Shown here piece by piece: positions 12,591-24,780 of a DNA stretch of 64,000 nucleotides. Position numbers and translations under genes: made by a program. How positions within the stretch are numbered: the stretch's first letter is position 1; the number at the start of each line of letters is the position of its first letter. The notes beneath the pieces were generated by a model that had not been told where the DNA came from, did no database searches, and saw nothing but the letters and a program-made list of their open reading frames with translations. The DNA comes from the human T2T-CHM13v2.0 reference genome, Homo sapiens. Location: NCBI RefSeq assembly GCF_009914755.1, contig NC_060944.1; one strand, 5' to 3'.

Positions 12591-12990
12591 CCACTGGTCA
12601 AGATTAATTGGACCAGAGGTCTGCAATCGGGCCAAAGATGGCCAGTAGGAATGCCCTAAAACGACAATGGCCAACTGCTACATCCACCTTATCAGCCATG
12701 GGAAAGGAACCAAAATAGGGAGTAAGAGAGAAAACAAGATAGGCAAGCCTCACAGGAGAGTTTTCACATTTCTGAAGATTCTACTGAGTCTTTGGAATAA
12801 CCCCATTGCATAAGGGAGCCTGATTGTTTCTCGTCTTTGAAACTTAAAATAACAAGACCTCAAACCCGGGTCACTCCAGTATATTCTAAGAAGCTTCTTT
12901 TTGATAGTGACACCTGAGCCCAGATGCAGGGCTGAAGGACTCTTCATGTCAGAGAAATCACGTGTCATTCTGAATAAAAGGTTGGATTTG

Positions 12991-13298
12991 GGCCAGGCGC
13001 AGAGGCTCATGCCTGTAACCCCAGCACTTTGGGAGGCCGAGGCGGGCAGATCACCTGAGGTTAGGAGTTCGAGACCAGCCTGGCCAACATGGCGAAACTC
13101 TTTCTTTATTGAAAATACAAAAATTAGCTGGGCATGGTGATGGGCACCTGTAATCTCAGGTACTCGGGAGGCTGAAACAGGAGAATCGCTTGAACCCAGG
13201 AGGTAAAGGTTGCAGTGAGCCGAGATTGTACCACTGCACTAGCCTGGGTGACAGAGCAAGACTCCATCTCCAAAAAACAAAAAACAAACAGAAACAAA
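12991..13298 (+). mobile_element. AluSx/Sz, full length
   Basis: GGCCAGGCGCAGAGGCTCATGCCTGTAACCCCAGC ... GAGCAAGACTCCATCTC plus A-rich tail; degenerate TSD (GTTGGATTTG / TTAGGATTTG). Confidence 0.96.
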
Positions 13299-13324
13299 AT
13301 TAGGATTTGGAGCCCTCTAGTTTT

Positions 13325-13445
13325 TTGCTGTTCATAGTGTGGTCCATGGGCCAGCAACATTGGCATCGCCTGAAAGCTCATTAGAAATTAGAAATTTTTA
13401 TTTTAACGCAGTTTCCAAGTATGCATTAAAATGTGATAAGGCCTA
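13325..13445. mobile_element. MER5A/B (hAT-Charlie) internally deleted fragment
   Basis: AGTGTGGTCCATGGGCCAGCAACATTGGCATCGCCTGAAAGCTCATTAGAAAT ... TATGCATTAAAATGTGA. Confidence 0.7.
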
Positions 13446-13564
13446 GCCTGCATTGAAATCTCAGCCTTTCATGACCAAACATTAGCTCTGAGAATCAGAG
13501 GCGATGCAGTTGTTGCCACTGGGAAGTTTAGGCTGGTCATTATCATGAGTTCATTTTCTTTAAC

Positions 13565-14040
13565 TGGGTCTTCGTTTGGGTTTCCCCAAAAGCAGACCCT
13601 TAGATAAAAATGTGGGTACAAGTATTTTATTTGGGAGGTGATTCCAGAAAACATCTTTGGCAGAGTGAGGAAATGAGACTGGAGGGGCAGGCGGCTGTAG
13701 AAGGCTATATTCCTGGGTGAGTCACCACTGTGGGCAGCTCAGTGTCCCTGCAGACCCTCTAAGAGCCTGTGCAGAACAAGCCTCCGATTCATCTCTGAGG
13801 AGCGAGGATGCTGGAGTGTGCATTCTCCATCCCCTGGCCAATGATCATTGAGGGCTGCTTCCAGAACATTCTCTCCCAGAATCTCAGGCTGACACCGTGT
13901 GTGAATTAAACCCTTTCTTGAGGCCAGGGCCCACCTTCAGGTAGAAAGACGCAGGAGGCCTCAGCCTGTAGGGAGCTGTGCGGCGGTGGTCACTGGGGGT
14001 GACTGCCCAAGAGACACAGCAGGGCATGGGCAGCACTTGC
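13565..14040 (-). mobile_element. ERVL-type solo LTR (LTR33/LTR16-like)
   Basis: TGGGTTTCCCCAAAAGCAGACCCTTAGATAAAAATGTGGGTACAAGTATTTTATTTGGGAGGTGATTCCAG is the reverse complement of an ERVL LTR 3' end with AATAAA. Far boundary approximate. Confidence 0.7.
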
Positions 14041-16638
14041 CAAATGCTGCTTGTGGAGCACATCAAGTTAGGGAATTGTGACGGAGCGCTGGGCAGCATG
14101 CTGGGCCTGTGGCTTAGTGTGGAGACATGTGGCACGAGATGTGTGGTGCCAGCTAGCAGCACCCCTGGGTTCGTCTGGCCCACAGCTGCACTACTGGCCC
14201 TGCAGGAGCTTAAGTGACTGAGAGAAGTTGGCTCATTTTCATCAGAACTTTCTGGCAATGGCTGGCGTGCTACTCTGTCTTCAGAATAATTAGCTCGCTC
14301 ATGGGGAAATGTGCCCTGAAAATTATCTAAGATAATTAATTGGCACATTTTAGTTTGAACCAGAACTTGTCCCTGAGCATATCAGCAGTCGCATGACTAT
14401 GAAACCAGGCATTCCTTTCATCTTTTTCTCCATCATTTTGATGATATATTCACAGCCATCAAACAAGAGGAGATGCTGGCGTATATTCATGAAAGAAGGA
14501 AAAAGGAAAGTGGAAAGAACAGAAGGAAATACTGTTATTCCCACAATCTCAAAAAAAAAAAAAAAAGGTTAGCTCAAAGCATATAATGGGGGAAAATGAC
14601 AGCATCTTTTTCTAAAGGTATTGTTTTTGATCCATTTTCAAGCACGTTTGGCTCCTTCTCTCATCAACCAACATTTTCAACAGGATGGAAGCATCCTTTT
14701 AATCTACACCAAGTCTCCTGTCAGAGCAGAAAGGAGTGTTGAGAATAAAATCATATGAGATAAAATAAGAATGGCTCCTTGTAGTTTAAAGTTTATAGCA
14801 GATTTTCCAAATGCAGTGGTGAAGAAATAACCACCAGAGAATGTTCTGGTCTTATAGACCAAGTGCTAGTGAGTCTATTGTATGGTAGATAATGACAGAA
14901 TAGCCTTGACTCACAGCTCTTCTTACAGTGTGTAGGCCTGGCCACTAAGAAAGCAGGCATGAGTATGTGCACTGCAGAAAATATATTTGCGGTAGGTTCC
15001 CACAGTGATCATCGTTGCGGTTTTGCTCTTAAATACCATTACCCTCTGTGGGGCTTATTCTCACCACATGGAAAGCTAAGGGAATTTACCATCTAAGACC
15101 TCCTCTTTTGCTAACTATCTCAGACTTTTGCTTCTGTTATTTACTGTTATTGATGTGACAGAATCAATAGTTATTTATAAAATAGGATCCAGCTTCCTCG
15201 GCTTTCATTCAGTTCATTGACGAGAACGAGAGTGGTGTGAAGACAGAGGAGGGAGAATAGGTCAGGTCACTGTGGCCTTGAACCACCTAAAGAAACAAAG
15301 AAAATCAGATGACAAAACCAGGACTCCTTGACCTCCATAGAGGGACATGAAAAGCTACATACAGTCTTAGATAGACAGCACAGAGGGGGCATGAGAAATG
15401 GCAGGAGGCAGAAATCAAGTCTGTATAAATCCAAAGACAAGAACATTGTCACTTTATATTGATCTTTACTTATTTGAGAAACTGGGTTTTTTCCAAGTCT
15501 CTGCTAGTCATTGTGATTATTCAGGAGCCTCAGGAACTACAGAGGAGAAATGTGGATGGAATTAGGCAAGGAGGGGCCTGAGCGATGGGGCTCACAGGCT
15601 GGAGGACAGTGGACCCTGTGAGGTGCTGAGGGGTCTGGGGTGCTCAGACCAGACCCAGCCCAGATGCAAGGGACAGATGGCAGTGAACAGTGCCTAAGAG
15701 AAGATGATTACTAGAAGCAGGGCTTTTCTTGCTCTTGTTTGACAAGAAACTAGTAAGCCAGTCAAAGCAGAGATTTATTAACTCATAACCAGTCCCCAGG
15801 AAGGACGCAGAGTGCCTGGTCTTAAGCCTGGATTCCACAAACCCCAAAACCCGGATTCCACAGGGGGCCCCTCACCCTTTACCTCTGACCTCCACTTCTC
15901 ACTGCATCTCTGCTTTCCTTCCTCATTGCCTGGATCCCTCTCAGGGCAGACACAGTGCCACCTGGAATTCCCAGGACAGACCTCCTGCCACCTTGCTGCC
16001 TGAGCAAATGAGCTTCACTGTCAACAAGCTATAGGGCTTTCCTTCTGAAGTTGAATCCAAATCGACATCTTTCATCTACCTAATATACCACAGATTCCTG
16101 GCTTTGTATTAGAGATAGATAATGGGCTACCTTGAAGCTCACGGTGAGCAGCTTTAGGTCCTACAAAGAGCAGCAGTTGGGGCTCTCTCCCCACTTGGCT
16201 TTGAACAACTAGGCAATGAAAACAGCATTCTACATATTCTGGTAAGCCCTGGGATCATGTGTCCAGCAGAGCCTGGCATTTGTTCTCTGTGTCCCTTTAT
16301 AGAATGAGCTGCTGACCCCTGGTCAAAAGCACAGCTGAGGCTGTTAGCTCAAATTTAGACCTCACTGGAGATGTCAACTACATATGACTGAAAGTAGAAA
16401 TGAAGGACTAATCGAGTCCAATGCCACACAGGGAAAAAAGACTGTGAGGTTTTGTGAGGTCAGGAAACCAAGAGAGGTTTAGCAGAGTCTCCCAGTCTAG
16501 CCCACCAATCAGCTGAGTGGGGAATGAGTTAAGAATGGTGTGAAGTACTGGTGCTTCTAGAGGCTTCTCATGCTGTGCAATCTAGGGGCAGGCTTGCTTC
16601 CCAAAATGGGAAAAGATTTGATCCTGTAATCTGATGGA

Positions 16639-16748
16639 AGGGCACAATCATCCTAGTTTATTTGGGACTCTGGGGCTTCCTGGGATGCAGGGCTTGCAGT
16701 GCTAAAACTGGAAAAATCCTGGCCAGACCAGGACTCCTACATTTGAGC
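16639..16748. mobile_element. MER81-like hAT-Blackjack MITE
   Basis: TCCTAGTTTATTTGGGACTCTGGGGCTTCCTGGGATGCAGGGCTTGCAGTGCTAAAACTGGAAAAATCCTGG. Confidence 0.65.
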
Positions 16749-17704
16749 TCCAAAGGCCAGCAATATGAGCAGAAATATTACCACAGCAGGGCCCTGAGAA
16801 ACCTGTCTGGTGACTGTCTCAGGAGGGGGGTCATTGGAGCTTCAGTGCAGTTTGATTCCAAGATTCCTGCAGGCATGAAGCCTGCCCTCAGATCAGCTAA
16901 TTTGCTTACCCTTAAATAAATAAGACCCTAGGATTATTTTAGAACAGGTTACTTTGGAAAGCAGCTACTCTAATCCCTACTTTTTAAGTACTTTTTAATC
17001 CCATATTTTGAAGCCAAAGATTAAGTGTTTTATTCTGTGTGAACAAGGCTAGATAGTGGTAAAGACAGATCTGGAAATGGAATAGTTTTGTTTCACCTCC
17101 TGTGCTCTCCTCCCTGTAACCCATCATCTTATAATGTAAGCCCAGCATCAGGCTTATGGAAATGCTCGGGCCTGCATGTCCAGGGCACAAACAGGAACCT
17201 GCTCATCTCTTCCTGGTCCATTCTACCTTCCAGCGATATTTACTTAGCAAAACCAGGCAGTTCTGAAGAAACCAGGGTATATTCTTGGGTTTACATGAAG
17301 ACTAAATAATACGTAATTTATCTAATAGTATCTTTAATTTAAAAAAATACATATGGGAAAAAGAAAACAATAGCAGAGATGTACTTAGATTTAGTGCTCC
17401 TGAAGCTTGAGATGGAGCATTATATTATAGTCCATACAGTGGGCACCACACTAGGACCTGAGTTCTGTGTGAGGGGATCAGGAGGAAAACACAGAGAGGT
17501 CCAGAAGAGTGTAGTGTAGGAAAGGTTTAGCAGGGTTTCATGTTGAAAAGTGGATGTAGTTATGAAGAGTCAGAGGTGTGGAAATTGTCTTGCAGTGCAG
17601 TATGCATCCCCAGTCTTCTATCTATAGATCCTCACTGCTTACTGACTGAAAACTTGTACTCAGAATCCTCTATTTAAGGGCTGGCCTCTCCCTTCTGTTG
17701 CTAC

Positions 17705-17945
17705 CATGTAATTGAATAAATATATAGTAATCTTCTACTGCATGCCAGTCATTGTACTTGGTGCCCTAGGTATGAAGATGAACAAATCAGAGTGTGTGTT
17801 GCAGATTCTGGAGAAGGACATATATCAGGGGTCCATAGATCATTGCAGGTGGCATCAGAGCACACACAAGTTACAGGGGCCCACACTTCTTGGTGGAATG
17901 GAGGCTTTTCACAGAAATGAGGTCTTCGAGCTGAGTTCTGACTAA
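17705..17945 (-). mobile_element. L2 fragment
   Basis: AATAAATATATAGTAATCTTCTACTGCATGCCAGTCATTGTACTTGGTGCCCTAGGTATGAAGATGAACAA resembles a reverse L2 3' end. Confidence 0.6.
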
Positions 17946-19749
17946 ATAAGTGTCCCCCGGGGGAAGAGACAAAGTTAAGACTGATGAATGTGTAAAGCCA
18001 GCTATGTCTGTATTTCTGGGGCCTGAGGGACCATCTTTCTTCTCCCCATACTGATCAGGAATTCTTAGGGCCGCTCTTATAGTCAGCATGGAGAGGGCCT
18101 CATTCACAGGCAGAAACTCAGAGGTGCTACAAAACCTTCTTGACTGATTGCTCCTGCACCCCTTACCCAGTTCCTATTTGCAGATTCCAAGGGTCTCTGG
18201 GTATGGCCTGGAAAAGAGAGCTTTATCCCCTCTATCTCCATTAACTCCCTTCTGCATGAGTTTACATCCACCCATCATCACACAGAAAACACATGTGCTC
18301 TGCAAGCAGCAGCTGCGGGCAATTCTCAAACCCCGTTCTCTTTTTCACCCATGTAGCCTCACCCAGGGCCCTCAGTGGAAATTCTGGGCTGCCACCATTT
18401 CCACTTTGAAAGCGCTCAGTAGTATATGCTCTTCGGCCAAACTCATGGAGTGTTTATGCACCTGCCCTTCCTGGAGCAAAGGGTGGAGGCATGTTTCCTG
18501 CAAGAGTTCTGGAATATACCTAAATATTTAGATTCTCTTGGCCCAAAACCCAGTTAATCTTCTGGTGTGTTCCTATTTTGATCTAGAGATGCTGTAAACT
18601 TGAGTTAATTTTTCCCAGACATGCCTGAGATACTAGCAGTAATTCCTTGTGTTTGTGATATAAAAATGCCCCTCAGAGGCAGTGAAAGAAAAGTCAGCCA
18701 TGAATTTGGAGGAGTTAATGGAAATATCCATCCTCTAACTGCATCTTTCACTTTCTGTCCAGAAAGTCACTTTGTCACTGTGTGGATATGTGCATAACTT
18801 TCAATGGCTTAGCAAGGACCTTCCTGGGAGGTAAACCAGCATCCCCTGTGGGGAGCTTATCTACTCAGAGTCACCGCTGTCCAACGTCAGACCTAAGGTG
18901 CTGTTAATTTCTAGGGCTGCACCTTTACATTTTCAGCAGTCTTCCTCCGAGAGGCACATGCACATCTCTGGAGGGCTCTCCCTCAGCAACAGCGAATTAG
19001 AAAACCTAGCTGAGAGTTGCTGCAATTATTTTCTTTTACTGACTTTATAAAGCACTTATTTTTTTCTTTATATCAGGAGCTCCCTTAAACACAATCCTTT
19101 CTAAGGGGAAAAAAACACGCTGAAGCAGCAGAGATTCCACAGCACTTAATTTTAAGCAAGTCCTGTCAAGTTTACAAAACCCAGCTCCACAGGGTAATGT
19201 AGTGCTGGTGTGCTTCGCATCTGCCTCCCCTTAGCCTGAGCAGCTCCTCTCAGCCACAGGAAGACCTATCCTTTTTTCCCTCTTTGCAGAAATTGTGGTA
19301 AAGACCTAGGACATCGTGTTGAATTACAGTATAATCTGGTTTGAGAAACAGTCTTTTGGATCTGAAATGTTCTCCCATCTGAGCCAGGGCCTGGCATCCC
19401 TTGGGAGAAACTCCCTGAGCTGATGGTGTGGACGTGCGGTACCTGGGTGTCTTTGCGCCAGCTCTCACGAAAGCATAGCTAACAGGCTTCAAACTCAACT
19501 TCTCTCCGGAACTTCTGTGGCACAGCCCATCTTTTACAAATGGGTTGAAGTAAGTGTTTTTCCTTCTCTGTGATTTTGTTTATTTGTAAATCCAAGAAGC
19601 TTCACAAATCAGTTGGTCTTTCTCGCTGTTTTATTCTAGAATTTTACATGGACTCTTCTTTTTCAACAGCACTAGTTCAGGGGTTTGACAGCCACAGACA
19701 GCAGTAACTTTACATGCATGAGATTGTGCAGTTACTCATACTGCCTACT

Positions 19750-20108
19750 GCATATGTTCCCCTCTTCCGAATTTCTCAGAACTTCTGAGTTTGTCCTCCT
19801 GGGGACAGCCCCAAATAATTCCTGACAAAGTTAGTGCATACATACCCCAGCCCCTTCATCCCTCAGGAGGGCAAATGCTGAGAACGATGTTCTGCTCTGG
19901 CTTCCAGAGTTCCCCAGTGAGGGGAAACCCAGCACTTTCCACCCCCACCCCCAGTGTGGCTGCATCATAATTCCTCCTCCACTGCCTTTTTCCTGTCCCT
20001 TTCTCTCCTCCCCACTTCCCACCCAGTGCTTCTATCACCTCCCAAATAAACTATTTGAATTTGCCTCCTCATCTCAGGGTCTTCTTTAGAAAGAATCTAA
20101 ACTGAAAC
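19750..20108 (+). mobile_element. LTR16-like ERVL LTR
   Basis: 3' end ATCACCTCCCAAATAAACTATTTGAATTTGCCTCCTCATCTCAGGGTCTTCTTTAGAAAGAATCTAAACTGAAAC; 5' boundary uncertain. Confidence 0.6.
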
Positions 20109-20329
20109 TGATGGGATAGTGAAATCCTGCACTGCTTTGAGAGCTATAATTTTTTAAAGATAAACTTTCTTCTGTGGCCTGAAATTTCTTCAACTGAGAT
20201 ACCAGATACAACTTGAGTGCATACAACAGACTGAAGCAATGCTGCTCTAGAGCAAGCATCACAAGAGAAGAGCATCATTTATTCTTTCTTTGCTAATGGT
20301 AAGATTAAGGAGACAACTCAAAAGAGTCT

Positions 20330-21690
20330 TGTTCAAAAAATTAATTTAAAAATCTGACAAAGTTGTTGGAGACAATAATTTATACAGAAATGTTTAGTTT
20401 TGCTCTATGCCAGCAACAAGTAATTAGAAATAAAATCAAAAAAGTATTTCACTACAATGGAGACCAATGCATGAAATAATTAGAAATATGTGTAATGAGA
20501 ACTAGAGCCTATATCACTGAATAAGCTGTAGAATCTATAAACAAACTCTTATTATAGGAGGTGGACAAGAACAAAGCTGATGGAGAGACGTAAAAGAAGA
20601 TCTAATATCACAGTAGTCATACCACATGTTCTCCAAAATAGTGTGCAAACCATGTCATTCTAATTGGTATCTCAATGAGGTATTTGTTTTATTTATCTAT
20701 AAAGATGTTAATAGTCCATTTTAATGTTTTAATATATATATCTTTATAATTCCAACTTTTATTTTAGATTCAGAGGGTACATGTGCAGGTTTGTTACATG
20801 GGTGTATTGGGTGATGCTGAGGTTGGGGTACAAATCCCATCACGCAGGTACTGAGCATAGTACCCAATGGGTACTTTTTAAACCCTGGCTCCCTTTCTCC
20901 CTCTCCTCTCTAGTAGACCCCAGTGTCTATTTTTGACATCTTTCTGTCCATGAGTACCCAATGTTTAGCTCCTACTTATAAGTGAGAACATGTGGTATTT
21001 GGTTTTCTGTTCCTGTGTTAATTTGCTTAGGATAATGGCCTCCAGCTGCATCCACGTTGTTGCAAAGGACATAATTTCATGTCCTTTGTAGTATTCCATG
21101 GTGTAGTATTCCATGGTATATATGTACCACATTTTTTGTAATCCAGTTCACCATTGATGAGCATCTAGGTTGATTCCATGTCTTTGCTATTGTGAATTGT
21201 GCTGCAATTAACATGAGTGTATGAGTCTTTTTGGTAGAACAATTTGTTTTCCTTTGGGTACATACCCAGTAATGGGATTGCTGGGTTGAATGGTAGTTCT
21301 AAGTTCTTTGAGAAATTTCAATGAGGTATTTTATTTGAATTGGATAAAATGACTACTAAGTTTATATGGGAAAATGTATGCATGAGGATAGTTAAGAAGA
21401 TTGTATAAATACACATGTATCAGTGAAAGCAGTTATATTTTACTAATTACCAGTTACAATTACAGAGCTGTTGTAACTAATCAGCATGTTACTGGTGGAT
21501 TGGAACCCTGTGAGGAATCCAGACATCAGTGCTGTAGATAAAGATGATTAAGTGACAAAATGCAACTCAGTGGGAAAACAGGAGATCACAAGAAACAGCA
21601 CTGGCACGACAGGTGTTCTTCTGGAAGAAGGTGAAATTGGACACCTACTGACATCTCATACAAAACTAGAATTCAGTTTGATAAAAGGCC
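20330..21690 (+). mobile_element. Highly diverged L1ME ORF2 remnant, interrupted by L1P at 20686-21317
   Basis: Faint ORF2 motifs on both sides (CTATGCCAGCAACAAGTAATTAGAAAT, CTAAGTTTATATGGGAAAAT, AAATTGGACACCTACTGACATCTCATACAAAA). Confidence 0.55.
20686..21317 (-). mobile_element. 5'-truncated L1PA15/16-like 3' end, bounded by TSD
   Basis: TTTATTTTAGATTCAGAGGGTACATGTGCAGGTTTGTTACATGGG...; 14-bp TSD TCAATGAGGTATTT at 20672-20685 and 21318-21331. Confidence 0.92.
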
Positions 21691-21697
21691 TGGGTGA

Positions 21698-21780
21698 TGT
21701 ATTAGTGAAGGTTCTCTAGAGGGACAGGACTAATAGGATAGATGTATATATGAAAGAGAGTTTATTAAGGAGTATTCACT
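21698..21780 (-). mobile_element. MLT2A/B LTR terminal fragment
   Basis: TGTATTAGTGAAGGTTCTCTAGAGGGACAGGACTAATAGGATAGATGTATATATGAAAGAGAGTTTATTAAGGAGTATT. Confidence 0.8.
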
Positions 21781-22839
21781 TTTAGAGTCCTGTGTGTAGA
21801 GTGTGTAGATCTACTGGCAAAACAAGTAAGTGGAAATGAGTACTCCTCATAATATTTTGTCCTCTGACCTCTCCCTGCTCTTTAATGGTTTAATTTAACC
21901 AAAAAGGAAAAGACAGAAGAATCCATATAGACATGATAAGAGGGTAGACCTCTTTTGAATGTAGAAAGCTCAATACATTAGATTTTTGGGAAAACAACCC
22001 ATGTGTTGGGGAAAATCCCGATTTTCTGTTCATCTCTCCACAATCCACATAGTTCCAGAAGCCAGAGATCAAGTCAAAATATGTTACACATTTTTAAAAA
22101 TCTGCTAGCACCCTGGTGACCTTGGATATGTGATAGGGCACAAGCATGAGCAAGAGGAGGATCAGAAGTGAGCCGCTTTCTCTGTGGGATGATGCCAAGG
22201 CCCTTGGATTATTCTCTGCCATGCCCCAGAGCCCCTCCTCTAAAATTTACCATGACTGGGTTTTTCACAAGAGTCAGATATTGAAAGGTAAATACTATCC
22301 AGGGCAAGAAGAAATGGCCAAGAGAGTAAAATATTGCACACTTTCCCAGGCTCACTTAGTAACTTTTAACTAGAGACAACAGACCACAAACATCTTCCTT
22401 TTCTCTGACAACGCCAATAGCTCCTTCTTAAGAGGGTAACAAATGCTTCAATTACACCTGCTGCCCCAGCCTTGTTAGTAATTGCATTCCTTTTGCTAGG
22501 AAACGTGTACAGTTTTGGACAATAATTATATAGTGACTCTAGAAATTGGGGACTCAGTGTTCAAGAGGTAAATCTGAACTTTGGAAGCTAAGAGTTCTGC
22601 CTAAGTTCCCTAAAATCCAGGGAGCAGCTCAGAGAAAACAATGGGGATAAATAGCACGTGGTTCCCGAGGTGAGTCCTCAGAGCCCAGTGCTGACTCTAG
22701 AGGCACATCAGTGTCTCCAAGATGGAATATGAGTAGTTCAGGGAAAACTGTCTGTTATAATACAGAAGCACTCTTACTTACAAAGACTATATCTATATCT
22801 GAAAATAGTAAGCAATAACACCTTGCTTTGAAAATTGCA

Positions 22840-22990
22840 GCACAATTCTCAAATATCATTTTGTTTAATGTTTACAACAACCCTATGGGTGGAAAATAAG
22901 AACCCATGAGGCTTAAGATCACGCAGCTGTAAGTGGCTGAATATCAGGCTCAAGCAGAAATCCCTGGGTCCACATTCTGTGTCCTTTCTG
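22840..22990 (-). mobile_element. MIR fragment
   Basis: TTTAATGTTTACAACAACCCTATG ... GATCACGCAGCTGTAAGTGGC. Confidence 0.6.
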
Positions 22991-23754
22991 CAGCCCACAG
23001 CTGCTGGACTGGAACTTGGAAGACAAAGGAGGTGCAATGAGATTCACGTCAGCTCTTCTCCTTTCTTGTTGCTAATGTCCAACATCCAATTAATCGTCCA
23101 GTGTTTCGTCCAGGAGAAGGAGTGCACATCCAGAAGCCACAGATAACCATAATGACATGTTATTAAGAGCTTAATTTCTGAAAATGCTTGGCTTCTGCCT
23201 TTGTCTCAGGTGAGGCAATTCATCCCTGGGGTGTTTATAGAAGTGCAAAAGACAAATATTAAAAAGTAAAGCCGGCTTTGGGATACAAATGGCTGGTAAG
23301 TGATTCTGTAGTCTTAATTAGTGGGCCTCAGTGCAGGGAAGCAAGACTTATCTCCCCTCCTCAGCCCTGCAGGCTTTCTTGGTTAAGAAACGGTATTTGG
23401 CACAAATCAGCTTTCTCTTGTTTAAAAAATAAAGCATGAAGACACCTTTTCACGCACCTGAGTGTGGTGTAATAAAGGTGCCAGTGGTTAATGATGTGGT
23501 TCATCTACTTGGGTAGGTGTGACTGCAAGCAAATGGTTTCCATTATGGAAAATGATCCCTGTAGGCTGTGGAGTAATTTGAAAGTAAAACAAATAATTCA
23601 AATAACCCCCAGTGACCTCCAAAAGCTTGCATAATACAAGGTGATATTTTGGAAAAATGTCAACAAATGAATTCTATGGTTTTTTTGGCTTCATAGAAAA
23701 ATTCCTTCCATGGCTGACTTTTTGGAAATGGTAAGGATGGTTACATTTACAGAT

Positions 23755-23900
23755 TATCCATCAGTCCATCAGCCAGTATGCATATGATGTACCAACAGCC
23801 GTTCTGTGCTGGCCATTGTGTAGACAGAAAAATATGGAAGTCTCAATTGCTTAAATATAGTGCTCAGAGAAGTCAGGTGAAATCACATGAGGTCGCTATG
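23755..23900 (-). mobile_element. L2 fragment
   Basis: TCCATCAGTCCATCAGCCAGTATGCATATGATGTACCAACAG...GTGCTGGCCATTGTG; degenerate reverse L2 tail. Confidence 0.4.
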
Positions 23901-24149
23901 TGAAATAATTCCTCTAGGATGGTGTGATTGAGGCTCAAAGGCTGCAGGGGTCCAGGGTCTAAGAGATCATTGAAGGCTGTGAGGAAGTCATGGGAAAGAC
24001 CTGGAGACATTCTGCAGCCCCATCAATCCAATAATTTGAAAGATAAAAGCAACATCTTAATGTACGGAGTGGGGTGTCTTCCACATTACACTCAGGGGAA
24101 GTTGCCTGACCTTTACTTCCTTATCAGCCCCCACACAAGGAGTAGGGTG

Positions 24150-24355
24150 GGGTTCAGGGGCAGACTGTGGACAGGCATCTTGGGTTCCATTCTCAGCCCT
24201 GGCACTTCACAGAGATTATCGATCCCCTCCGTGCTGACTTCCTCATTGTTGGAGTGGAAAGTAATATTTTCTATCTTACAGAGTTGTGATAGAGATGAAT
24301 AGATGCATGCAAAATTTTTCAAACAGTGTCTGGTACCCAGAAACCACTCAAAAAT
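24150..24355 (+). mobile_element. MIR
   Basis: TGGGTTCCATTCTCAGCCCTGGCACTT ... CTATCTTACAGAGTTGTGATAG ... ACAGTGTCTGGTACCCAGAAACCACTCAA. Confidence 0.7.
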
Positions 24356-24684
24356 GCAATCTATAATTTAGACAAAGAAGATTCAATTGAACAAGCTACA
24401 GACAAATAAAAGAATTGAGAGAACAAACAACAACAATAATAAAAGTTGTCAGAGCCCTTGCAGCCCCGACCCTGAGAAGACAGAGCTGGTGTATAAGACA
24501 GCAGTCCCTGGAGAAGTCTTCCCTTTTCTAATGACCGAGTATTCAGTGGAGGTTTTCCCAAACCCAAGTTAGTTCCCTGGTTATGCTCACCAAGCAGCAA
24601 GGTCTCTGACCAGAGTTTTTGAGATGACAGCATTATGATCCCTAGAAAAGAATAAGCTCTCTTTGGGCTCACCAAATTTGCATT

Positions 24685-24780
24685 CATATATATATAAAAT
24701 ATGAATATATATATATACACACACATATATACACACACACACACACACATATATATACACACATATATTTATATATATAT
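24685..24780. repeat. Compound (TA)n/(CA)n microsatellite
   Basis: Alternating ATATAT and ACACAC blocks. Confidence 0.95.

Noticed and set aside
12750-13381. ORFs overlapping Alu (also 26531, 27057-27450, 37295-37636, 46563-46800)
   Set aside because: Typical Alu-derived spurious peptides.
13884-14348. 154-aa minus-strand ORF
   Set aside because: No recognisable domain, partly overlaps an LTR, and no supporting splice structure.
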